In this document: piece by piece, positions 31,087 to 41,805 of the stretch
How positions within the stretch are numbered: position 1 is the stretch's first letter
Layout: every line of letters begins with the position of its first letter
From: Scenedesmus sp. PABB004
Lineage: Eukaryota
Reading direction: 5' to 3'
Length of the DNA: 56,485 nt
Assembly: GCA_014905635.1 (NCBI GenBank)
Contig: JABVCE010000036.1
Coordinates: 248,001 to 304,485 of the forward strand
Program-made: the position numbers and the translations under genes
The notes under the pieces: model-generated
Databases searched by the model: none
The model's input: only the letters and a program-made list of their open reading frames with translations
What the model was told of the DNA's origin: nothing

Positions 31087-31353
31087 TGCCCGACCACGGG
31101 CTGCGCCGCCGAGGTCGGCCGCCGGCGGCCGCGCCGCGCCGCGGGCCACCCGCGCGCGCGCCGCTCGCCGGCGCCGCGGCGCGGCGATGCCGTGCGCCGT
31201 TTCCCCTGCCCCGCCGCCCCTGCGGAGCGGAGGTGCGCGGCTCCAACAGGCTGCCCGGCCACGGGCTGCGCCACCGAGGTCGGCCGCCGGCGGCCGCGCC
31301 GCGCCGCGGGCCGCGCGCCGCCCGCGCGCGCGCCGCTCGCCGGCGCCGCGGCG
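31087..31353. repeat. 172-bp satellite, about 1.5 monomers
   Basis: Same monomer, in register with 29134. Confidence 0.9.
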
Positions 31354-31694
31354 TGTTGCGCTGCTGCTCGCTGCTCAGTGGCGAGGCCGTTGGTGTGTGG
31401 CGTGACTCCGTTACAAGCGCCAAGCAGTGGGGCGCCTATTTGTAGGGCGCGCGCGCGCTGGCTGTAGCGCCACGGGCTACAGCAGCTACAGCGCGCTACA
31501 GCGCTACAGCGCGCTACAGCGCGCCACGGCGCGCTCCAACAGCACACGGGTTGTTGAGCTGTTCGCGAGACAGCGCGCGCGCAGCAGTGCGCGCGGGCTG
31601 ATGCCAGGTGTAGCAAGCTACAGCCGGCTGTAGCAGGCTGCAGCCAGGTGCAAGGGAGCAGGGCAAAAATCAGCTAGAGTGCTGAACTACAACA
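31354..31694 (-). mobile_element. Orphan 3' LTR of a Copia-type element (341 bp) with (GCTACA) repeats in U3
   Basis: TGTTG...CAACA termini. Minus-strand PPT CGTGGGAG at 31695-31702, the same motif as the intact Copia. Minus-strand TGTAA at 31411-31415. No partner LTR in the window. Confidence 0.65.
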
Positions 31695-32879
31695 CTCCCA
31701 CGTGCACTGCTCCCTCCCATCGGAATGCTCTAATCTTTCAGCACGCGCCCATGTAGCCCCCAACCGCCCCCGCAGGCCGCCGGGCTTGCGGGCGCTCCCT
31801 GCCCACGCTGGGCGCTGCGCGCGGCCCGCAGGGGATAGCCGCCAACTCGCTTGTCGCTCCTTGGGGGCGCGCGGCTGCGCGCGCGGGCTGCATCGACGGA
31901 TCTGGATGGTGCCGGTACCCTATGATGCAGCGCGCCACCCGCGCCCAGCGGCGCCCCCTGGCCGACCTGCGGGCTCCCTGGATTGTGGACACGGCGATCG
32001 GGAACCACCTCCTTAGTACTCGCGCCCGGGAGGCTTCTCTGGCAACCCGCGCCCTCGCCATCGATCCCTGGACGGTTGGCGCCCCTGCGGACTGACCTGG
32101 GCGAGCTGGCGCCCCAGCCTTGCACCGGAGGAGCGGCTCTCGCCGGCGCGTAGCCTGGTGCGCGCCGGCGGGGGGCTGCGCATCACAGGCGGCGGTGGGG
32201 CGGCAGCAGCGCGGCCGGCGGCGCCGGGCGGAGAGGGCGTCCCCGGCGTGCGTAGAGGTGCACGCCGAGCCGTGGCGCGCTGCTGCTGCGTGACCTTCAT
32301 TTGGTGCTGAGCTGGGCGCGGCTGGCTCGGGGCGCGGCGCGCGCGTGGGTGTGGGCGGCGGTGGGGGAGCGTGGGCGGGCTTGCGGCAGGCTTTTTGGTG
32401 GTGGGCGGTGCGTGCGGCTGGCCTTTTGGCCGAGCCGCCCGCGGGTCCTGGAGGGGGCTGGAGTTGGTGGGCGTTGGCCGGCGCGGGGCGGCGGTCGCCG
32501 CGGGCCACGGCCCCGCGCGCGACGCCCAGCCGGCGCACGCCGGCCCCGCAGTGTTGAGTCCACAGAGTCTCCACTAGCCGCCCTGCACGGCCTACACGCG
32601 TCTACCGGTCATCCTTCCCCAAGCTCCTAGCATTCGGTGCACCACGTCGCAGGGGGCGCGACTCTGCGAATGGCGGCCGGCGAGGCGCGGCGCGGCGCGG
32701 CGTGTGCTGCGTGTGCGCCTGGGCAGGCTTGCCGCGGTTGGTGTGTGGTGCCCCTGCTGGTGGCGGCCTGCCCCACGTCGTTTGCGTGAGATGAGGCGGG
32801 GTTTGCGCTGGTTTTCCCCCGCTGCCCCTGTGGCCCGGTAGGGCCTGCGGCGTGGTTGCACGGGTCAAGAGGACCAGCT

Positions 32880-32940
32880 ACCGTCCTTAAGGGGCGCGGG
32901 CCCGATGTGCGCGAGCATACGGGGTAAATGACCTTGACCT
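32880..32940 (+). mobile_element. ~60-bp 3' end of a LINE related to the RTE-like element
   Basis: ACCGTCCTTAAGGGGCGCGGG is identical to 31020-31040, followed by similar sequence to a TAA and a TGACCT-repeat tail. Confidence 0.6.
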
Positions 32941-33040
32941 GCTCCGTTGCGGCTGTTGGTGCCATGCATGCGCAAGAATGCAGCTCCCAACGCGTAGCAC
33001 TAACGTTGGTGAGGGGTGCATGTTGTTGTGTAATTTATCA

Positions 33041-35186
33041 ACTCCCACGGCTCGCGCGCAGCCGCTCAGATGCCACACATGCGGCGGCTGCGCAGCAGCT
33101 CAGCCCAGCCCCATGCCCGCCCAGCACACCTGCAGCTTGGCCGCGGGCAGCGCCTCGGTGAGCACGTCGGCGGTCATCTCGCCGGTGGGCAGGTAGCTAA
33201 AGCTGACCTCGCCACGCGTGACGCGCTCGCGCGCAAAGTGGTAGGCGACGTCGATCTGCTTCGAGCGCGAGGAGCTCATCGGGTTGAGCAGGAGCTTGAT
33301 CGCGGACTGGTTGTCGGCGTGGATGTGCACCGTGTTGATGTGCAGCCCCAGCTCGCGCAGCAGGTTGCGCAGCCAGAGCGCCTCCTTGACCGCGGCTGCA
33401 GCCGCCAGATACTCGGCCTCGGTGGTGGAGGCCGCGACGGTGGGCTGGCGCTTGCTTAACCAGGAGATGGCCCCGCCGGCCAGCGTGAAGAGGTACCCGC
33501 CGGTCGAGCGGCGCGTGTCGATGCACGCCGCGTAGTCTGAGTCGGTGAAGCCGACCAGGTGCTGATCGGGGCCGGCGTAGGTGATGCCGACATCTGCGGT
33601 GCCGGAGAGGTAGCGCAGCGTGCTGCGCGCCGCCTCCCAGTGCGCGGTGGTGGGCTTGGCCATGAAGCGGGAGAGCAAGCCCACGGTGTAGGCGATGTCC
33701 GGCCGCTTGGAGATGGCCAGGTACATGATGCTGCCAATCAGGGCAGAGTAGTTGAACTTGGCGGTGTCGAGCGCGTCGCCGTCGGCGGCGCTCAGGCGCG
33801 CCGCCGGGCTGAGCGGCAGCACGCGGGGCTTCGCGTCGCTCAGCTCAAACTTCTCCAGGATGGCGCTGATCAGCCGCGCCTGGCTGATCTTGAGGGTGCG
33901 GCGCGCGCGGTCGCGCTCGATCAGGATGCCCAGGAAGCAGGTCACGGGGCCGAGGCAGCGGCCCTCGAACGCTGCGAGCAGGCGCGCGTTGAAGCGCTGC
34001 ACCAGGTCGGTGCGCGGCGTGGCGATCAGCAGGTCGTCCACGTACACCAGCATGATGAGGAAAGAGCTGTCGTGCTGGATGAAGTAGACCGCAGGGTCGG
34101 CTGCCGACTGGGTGAAGCCCATCGCCAGCAGTTCTGCGTGCAGGCGCTGATTCCAGGCGCGCGGCGCCTGCTTCAGGCCATAGAGTGAGCGCCGCAGTTT
34201 GCAGGCAAAGCCGGGCGGCCCCTGCTCAAAGCCAGGGGGCTGCTGCATCCACAGCTCTTCTTCAACGTCGCCGTTGAGGAAGGCCGTCTTGATGTCCACG
34301 TGGTACAGTTCCCAGTCGTTGGCAGCGGCGAGCGCGCAGAGCGCGCGAAAGGAGCTGTATTTGATGACGGGCGCAAAGACCTCGTGGTAGTCGATGCCCG
34401 CGCGCTGATGGAAGCCCTTGACCACCAGTCGCGCCTTGAAGCGCTCCACGCTGCCGTCGGTGTTGTACTTGATCTTGTACACCCACCGGCAGGGGATGAG
34501 CTTGGTCCCGCGCGGCGGGAGCCGCAGGTCCCACGTGCCGTGGCCGAGCAACGAGCTGTGCTCCTCCGCCATAGCTGCTGTCCATTCTGATGCCTGAGGC
34601 GATGCCATTGCCCCGGCGTAGGTGGTTGGCTCGATGATGGTGCCGCCAAGCTCTTGAGCGCTGACCAGCAGCGCGCGCTGCTCAACGATGTCAAAATTTG
34701 CTGCCGAGCCGGGCTCTGGGTAGCCCGGCACCTCGGGAGGCGGCGTGGCGTCTGCGCGCGCCTCGGGTGCAGCCGCCCGCGCGCGTGAGCGCAGGTTGTA
34801 GCGGGGTGGCGGCTCATTGGTTTGCAGCGCCTCCTCCAGCTGCGCGGGGTGGCGGCGCTCTTGCTGAGGTGAGGGCTGAAAGTTGAACGCGAAGCTGGGG
34901 CTCTCTTGTGGCAGGCCACTCCTGCTGCTGCTCGCGGCACCGCCAAGGCTGTCAGGCGGCGAGCTGTAAGCACTGCTGCTTACGCCGCCGCCGGGGCTGC
35001 CAACTGGCGTGCCGCCAGCGCTGCCACAATCGCTGCGGTGGCTTGGTTAACCGCCGCGGCGATCACTGCGGGGTCGGTCTGGCCGCCACCGCTGGCTGTT
35101 GTGACTGACCTAACAGCCGCGTCAACTGCGGCTTTCACCACGGGGTCGATCGGGCTGCCACCGCCGGATGAGCTGGCGGTGGACAT
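33041..35186 (-). mobile_element. Internally deleted Ty1/Copia remnant (short gag-like N-terminus joined to RT-RNase H)
   Basis: PPT CGTGGGAG at 33042-33049; RT/RH ORF present; no protease or integrase. Confidence 0.75.
33100..34731 (-). pseudogene. Copia reverse transcriptase - RNase H fragment
   Basis: RFKARLVVKGF, HVDIKTAFLNG, SLYGLKQAPRAW, VYVDDLL, GFTDSDYA, STTEAEY, RSKQIDVAYHF. Confidence 0.88.
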
Positions 35187-35188
35187 GT

Positions 35189-35537
35189 TGTCACGATGAC
35201 CTCAGCACGTGCCTAGGCGCTTCGGTAGTCCGTAGGCGCCTGTGGGCAACCCGAGAGGGGTGCAGCGTGTGAGTTTGAGGGGCCAGCTCAAGCTCGTCTG
35301 GTGCTGCTGCGCTGCCGCACTTCTGCTGTGCGGATGCTGCGCTGGCTCAGGCAGCTGTTGGTCGCTGCGAGCTCAGGCCACAGGTAAGCTCGTGGTGCTG
35401 CCTGGCGCGAGCGCTGGGCGCTGCGTGCGCGCGCAGGGCCGGGAGTGGCCGTGCGACGCAGCTGGCCTGTACGCCAACCCGCGCTGCTGCAGCAGTGGGG
35501 TACGTGCGCGAGCAACTCAGCTGAGCGCTCGGTGCCA
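35189..35537. mobile_element. Possible solo LTR-like segment (349 bp)
   Basis: TGTCACGATG...CTCGGTGCCA termini loosely resemble the Gypsy ends. It joins a truncated Copia to a truncated L1, with no TSD. Confidence 0.3.
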
Positions 35538-37659
35538 GCGGCGGCTGCTGCTGCGCGCGGCAGAGCGGGTGCGGGCACGCCAGCTCCGCCAGCTCCGGCG
35601 CCGCGCGCTGGTAAGAGAAGACCCTGTCGCCGCTGACGCGCACCCCGCCGTGCAGCAGGCTCCAGCCAAAGTGTCGCAGGGCGCGCGGTATGCGCGCCTG
35701 CTGCGCGCGCGCGTAGCAAGCGGCCCAGGCGGGCGGCTCCGCGCGCTCGCCGGCGCGCGCCGGCGCAGTCGCACCAGTGAGCGGGTCGACGAGGTCGTTG
35801 GCCGCCGGCTCCTGAACCAGGGTCCTGCGCTGCTCCAGCTGCTGCTCCCGCCGCTGCTCCTGCTCCTCGCGCCGCGCCGCGGCGGCAGCGGCCGCCGCCG
35901 GCCCGACGCGCTCCATGACGTGGCGCCGCGGGGGCGAGACTTTCTGCCACGCCGGCAGCCCAGGCTCCGGGTCTGGCGTCTCGGCTCGCTGCCGCTCCGC
36001 CCAGCTGCGCTTCTGGCCCGCCTCCCGCCGCGCGATGGCGCTGGCCGGGCAGGCCTGGCCGTGGCCGGCGCGCCAGAGGCCCGGCACGCAGCCAACGCCG
36101 GGCGTCCAGCCCCCTGCCGGCGTGACCTCGCGCGCGCAGCGCAGCTGCAGCAGCCGCAGGGTCGCGCCGCGCACCGTAAACTGCATGACCGGCGTTGGCC
36201 TCTGGCTGTTTTTTTTTTTTTTTTTTTTTTGTTACAACGGGCCTCTGGCTGTGCCGTTGGGTAATGTGTGGGCCCCCTCTCGGGGGGCGCCGGGGCGCGG
36301 TTTTTCACGAGGGGTTGCTGCGCTCTTCCCGTTGGAGTTTTTTTCAATGGGCTGCCCCTAGGCCTCGGTCCTTGTCTGGTCACCCGTTGTAAAAAAAAAA
36401 AACAAAAGAGGGGTTGCTGCGCTCTTCCCGTTTGGAGCTTTTTTCAATGGGCTGCCCCTTGGCCTCGGTCCTTGTCTGGTCACCCCTTGTAACAAAAAAA
36501 AAAACAAAAACTGCATGACCGTGGCCGCGTGCCCGAGCCCCCACACGGAGGGGTCGACGCGGACGTCAGGCCAGAAGACCACGAGGAACCAGCGCCGGGG
36601 CGCGGTTTTTTCACGAGGGGTTGCTGCGCTCTTCCCGTTGGAGCTTTTTTCAATGGGCTGCCCCTGGGCCTCGGTCCTTGTCTGGTCACCCGTTGTAAAA
36701 AAAAAAAAAAACCAAAAAAAACTCCGGCTGCTCCGCCGGCGCCGCTGCCCCGGGCGCTCCGGCCGCCGCGCGCTGCGCGCCCGCCGCTGGCCGCGGCGCC
36801 TGCGCCGCGTCCACCACGCAGCAGTCCTCCCACCCCCCCGCCGCGACTGTCTCGGGCGGGGGCTCGGCGGTGCGGAGCCTGCTGTCAGGCCCCACCTCTT
36901 TTTTTTTTTTTTTTTTGTTACAACGGGTGACCAGACAAGGACCGAGGCCCAGGGGCAGCCCATTGAAAAAAACTCCAACGGGAAGAGCGCAGCAACCCCT
37001 CGTGAAAAACCGCGCCCCGGCGCCCCCCGAGAAGGGGCACACACATCACCCAACGGCACAGCCAGAGGCCAACGCCCAACGGGCGCCCAAGGAGACCAGG
37101 TGACGCCCCGCAATCAAAGGGGCAGCAGCAGATCAGGCCGCACACCCCCCTTCCGGTGCGGCGAGCCGCACCGGGCATCGGTGCAGCGAGGTGCACCGGC
37201 TCCAAGCCTCCGCGCAGAGATCACGCGCAAACGCCATCCACGCTGGCGGCGGCAGGGGCCGGCCTCAGCGGCATCAGCCCCCGCGCCGCGCGACGACACA
37301 CGCACACACCAGGGGGCAGCAGTTGGCTTTGCTGCAAAAACCCCTGAGAAAGCCGCGCACCGATGAGAAAGCCGCCCCACCGGGCAGGCAGCACGCCAAG
37401 CCGCCGCGCACGGAGCGCGTGCAGCCGCCAAACACGCCGGCGGCGCCAGGGGCCGGCCCCATCGGCTGCAGCCCCCTCGCCGCGCGACGACCGGGCAGCC
37501 TGTTGGAGCCGCGCACCTTTTTTTATTTTTTTTTTGTTACAATGGGTGACCAGACAAGGACCGAGGCCCAGGGGCAGCCCATTGAAAAAAACTCCAACGG
37601 GAAGAGCGGCCCCACCTCGAAGAAGCTCGCCGCTGCCGCGCCCAGCGCCCACCGCCGTA
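35538..37659 (-). mobile_element. Fragment of L1 ORF2 (equivalent to ~42357-43319) interrupted by several nested L1 3' ends
   Basis: Near-identical to the ORF2 C-terminal region. Insertions at 36191-36509 (+, two tails, TSD AAACTGCATGACC), 36592-36721 (+, small target deletion) and 36899-37608 (-, two tails, TSD GCCCCACCTC). Confidence 0.85.
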
Positions 37660-38233
37660 GAGGTGCGCGGCTCCAACAGGCTGCCCGGCCACGGGCTGCG
37701 CCGCCGAGGTCGGCCGCCGGCGGCCGCGCCGCGCCGCGGGCCGCGCGCCGCCCGCGCGCGCGCCGCTCGCCGGCGCCGCGGCGCGGCGATGCCGTGCGCC
37801 GTTTCCCCTGCCCCGCCGCCCCTGCGGAGCGGAGGTGCGCGGCTCCAACAGGCTGCCCGGCCACGGGCTGCGCCGCCGAGGTCGGCCGCCGGCGGCCGCG
37901 CCGCGCCGCGGGCCGCCGCCGCGCCGCCGCGCGCGCGCCGCTCGCCGGCGCCGCGGCGCGGCGATGCCGTGCGCCGTTTCCCCTTTTTTTTTTTTTTTTT
38001 TTGTTACAACGGGTGACCAGACAAGGACCGAGGCCCAGGGGCAGCCCATTGAAGTTTCCCCTGCCCCGCCGCCCCTGCGGAGCGGAGGTGCGCGGCTCCA
38101 ACAGGCTGCCCGGCCACGGGCTGCGCCGCCGAGGTCGGCCGCCGGCGGCCGCGCCGCGCCGCGGGCCGCGCGCCGCCCGCGCGCGCGCCGCTCGCCGGCG
38201 CCGCGGCGCGGCGATGCCGTGCGCCGTTTCCCC
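37660..38233. repeat. 172-bp satellite (~3 monomers) with a 70-bp L1 3' end inserted at 37984-38053
   Basis: CCACGGG at 37689 and 37861 (172 bp apart). Insertion flanked by TSD GTTTCCCC(T). Confidence 0.88.
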
Positions 38234-39115
38234 TTTTTTTTTTTTTTTTTTTGTTACAATGGGTGACCAGACAAGGACCGAGGCCCAGGGGCAGCCCACT
38301 GAAAAAAGCTCCAACGGGAAGAGCGCAGCAACCCCTCGTGAAAAACCGCGCCCCGGCGCCCCCGAGAGGGGGCCCACACATCACCCAACGGCACAGCCAG
38401 AGGCCAACGCCCAACGGGCGCCCAAGGAGACCAGGTGATGCCCCGCAATCAAAGGGGCAGCAGCAGATCAGGCCGCACACCCCCCTTCCGGTGCGGCGAG
38501 CCGCACCGGGCATCGGTGCAGCGAGGTGCACCGGCCCCAAGCCTCCGCGCAGAGATCACGCGCAAACGCCATCCACGCTGGCGGCGGCAGGGGCCGGCCT
38601 CAGCGGCATCAGCCCCCGCGCCGCGCGACGACACACGCACACACCAGGGGGCAACAGTTGGCTTTGCTGCAAAACCCCCTGAGAAAGCCGCGCACCGATG
38701 AGAAAGCCGCCCCATCGGGCAGGCAGTACGCCAAGCCGCCGCGCACGGAGCGCGCGCAGCCGCCAAACACGCCGGCGGCGCCAGGGGCCGGCCCCATCGG
38801 CAGCAGCCCCCTCGCCGCGCGACGACCAACACGCAGACACCTTCCTTGGGCGCCCGTTGGGCGTTGGCCTCTGGCTGTGCCGTTGGGTGATGTGTGTGCC
38901 CCCTCTCGGGGGGCGCCGGGGTGCGGTTTTTCACGAGGGGTTGCTGCGCTCTTCCCGTTGGAGTTTTTTTTTCAATGGGCTGCCCCTGGGCCTCGGTCCT
39001 TGTCTGGTCACCCGTTGTAACAAAAAAAAAAAAAAAAAAAAAAACACGCAGCCAGCCGGGGTCGCAGCAAGCCCGGCCGCGGACCCCCCCGGCCCCTGCA
39101 GCTAGCCGCCGCGCT

Positions 39116-39146
<31 letters not shown>

Positions 39147-40334
39147 GGGGTCCTGCGCCGCCGGCGGGGCCAGCGCCGGCGCCGCCGGCAGCGCCGGCAC
39201 GCCCGCTGCGGTGAGCCGGAACTCCATTGTGAAGCGGCCCCCGTGCTGGCCCGTGCGCGCGATGACCCCTCGGTGGCACCTGCCCCGCCGCCCCTGCTGA
39301 GCGGAGGTGCGCGGCTCCAACAGGCTGCCCGGCCACGGGCTGCGCCGCCGAGGTCGGCCGCCGGCGGCCGCGCCGCGCCGCGGGCCGCGCGCCGCCCGCG
39401 CGCGCGCCGCTCGCCGGCGCCGCGGCGCGGCGATGCCGTGCGCCGTTTCCCCTTTTTTTTTTTTTTTTTTGTTACAATGGGTGACCAGACAAGGACCGAG
39501 GCCCAGGGGCAGCCCACTGAAAAAAGCTCCAACGGGAAGAGCGCAGCAACCCCTCGTGAAAAACCGCGCCCCGGCGCCCCCCGAGAGGGGGCCCACACAT
39601 CACCCAACGGCACAGCCAGAGGCCAACGCCCAACGGGCGCCCAAGGAGACCAGGTGATGCCCCGCAATCAAAGGGGCAGCAGCAGATCAGGCCGCACACC
39701 CCCCTTCCGGTGCGGCGAGCCGCACCGGGCATCGGTGCAGCGAGGTGCACCGGCCCCAAGCCTCCGCGCAGAGATCACGCGCAAACGCCATCCACGCTGG
39801 CGGCGGCAGGGGCCGGCCTCAGCGGCATCAGCCCCCGCGCCGCGCGACGACACACGCACACACCAGGGGGCAACAGTTGGCTTTGCTGCAAAACCCCTGA
39901 GAAAGCCGCGCACCGATGAGAAAGCCGCCCCATCGGGCAGGCAGTACGCCAAGCCGCCGCGCACGGAGCGCGCGCAGCCGCCAAACACGCCGGCGGCGCC
40001 AGGGGCCGGCCCCATCGGCAGCAGCCCCCTCGCCGCGCGACGACCAACACGCAGACACCTTCCTTGGGCGCCCGTTGGGCGTTGGCCTCTGGCTGTGCCG
40101 TTGGGTGATGTGTGTGCCCCTCTCGGGGGGCGCCGGGGTGCGGTTTTTCACGAGGGGTTGCTGCGCTCTTCCCGTTGGAGTTTTTTTTTCAATGGGCTGC
40201 CCCTGGGCCTCGGTCCTTGTCTGGTCACCCGTTGTAACAAAAAAAAAAAAAAAAAAAAAAAAACACGCAGCCAGCCGGGGTCGCAGCAAGCCCGGCCGCG
40301 GACCCCCCCGGCCCCTGCAGCTAGCCGCCGCGCT

Positions 40335-40365
<31 letters not shown>

Positions 40366-41231
40366 GGGGTCCTGCGCCGCCGGCGGGGCCAGCGCCGGCG
40401 CCGCCGGCAGCGCCGGCACGCCCGCTGCGGTGAGCCGGAACTCCATTGTGAAGCGGCCCCCGTGCTGGCCCGTGCGCGCGATGACCCTCGGTGGCACCTG
40501 CCCCGCCGCCCCTGCTGAGCGGAGGTGCGCGGCTCCAACAGGCTGCCCGGCCACGGGCTGCGCCGCCGAGGTCGGCCGCCGGCGGCCGCGCCGCGCCGCG
40601 GGCCGCGCCGCCGCCCGCCGCGCGCCGCTCGCCGGCGCCGCGGCGCGGCGATGCCGTGCGCCGTTTCCCCTTTTTTTTTTTTTTTTTGTTACAATGGGTG
40701 ACCAGACAAGGACCGAGGCCAGGGGCAGCCCACTGAAAAAAGCTCCAACGGGAAGAGCGCAGCAACCCCTCGTGAAAAACCGCGCCCCGGCGCCCCCCGA
40801 GAGGGGGCACACACATCACCCAACGGCACAGCCAGAGGCCAACGCCCAACGGGCGCCCAAGGAGACCAGGTGATGCCCCGCAATCAAAGGGGCAGCAGCA
40901 GATCAGGCCGCACACCCCCCTTCCGGTGCGGCGAGCCGCACCGGGCATCGGTGCAGCGAGGTGCACCGGCCCCAAGCCTCCGCGCAGAGATCACGCGCAA
41001 ACGCCATCCACGCTGGCGGCGGCAGGGGCCGGCCTCAGCGGCATCAGCCCCCGCGCCGCGCGACGACACACGCACACACCAGGGGGCAACAGTTGGCTTT
41101 GCTGCAAAACCCCCTGAGAAAGCCGCGCACCGATGAGAAAGCCGCCCCATCGGGCAGGCAGTACGCCAAGCCGCCGCGCACGGAGCGCGCGCAGCCGCCA
41201 AACACGCCGGCGGCGCCAGGGGCCGGCCCCA
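38234..41231. repeat. ~1.22-kb higher-order repeat (truncated L1 on minus + nested inverted L1 3' end + one satellite monomer); the third unit is completed at 48057-48528
   Basis: Poly-T starts at 38234, 39453 and 40671 (spacings 1219 and 1218), with identical internal junctions. Confidence 0.88.
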
Positions 41232-41760
41232 TTTTTTTTTTATTTTTTTTTGTTACAATGGGTGACCAGACAAAGACCGAGGCCCATGGGCAGCCCATTG
41301 AAAAAAGCTCCAACGGGAAGAGCGCAGCAACCCCTCGTGAAAAACCGCGCCCCGGCGCCCCCCGAGAGGGGGCACACACATCACCCAACGGCACAGCCAG
41401 AGGCCAACGCCCAACGGGCGCCCAAGGAGACCAGGTGATGCCCTGCAATCAAAGGGGCAGCAGCAGATCAGGCCGCACACCCCCCTTCCGGTGCGGCGAC
41501 CCGCACCGGGCATCGGTGCAGCGAGGTGCACCGGCTCCAAGCCTCCGCGCAGAGATCACGCGCAAACGCCATCCACGCTGGCGGCGGCAGGGGCCGGCCT
41601 CAGCGGCATCAGCCCCCGCGCCGCGCGACGACCGACACGCAGACACCAGCCCCGCGGCACGGGCGGACACCGCCCAACCTTGCACGCTGCAGAAGAGGCG
41701 CGACACGCAGCCATCCGGGGTCGCAGCAAGCCCGGCCGCGGACCCCCCCGGCCCTTGCAG

Positions 41761-41774
41761 CTAGCCGCCGCGCT

Positions 41775-41805
<31 letters not shown>

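Noticed and set aside
31670..31705. Helitron 3' hairpin plus CTAG
   Set aside because: Better explained as the PPT-LTR junction (CGTGGGAG-TGTTG) of a Copia-type LTR.
36191..41231. Independent SINE family
   Set aside because: The sequence is the 3' UTR of the L1 at 41232-48056, with variable 5' truncation.
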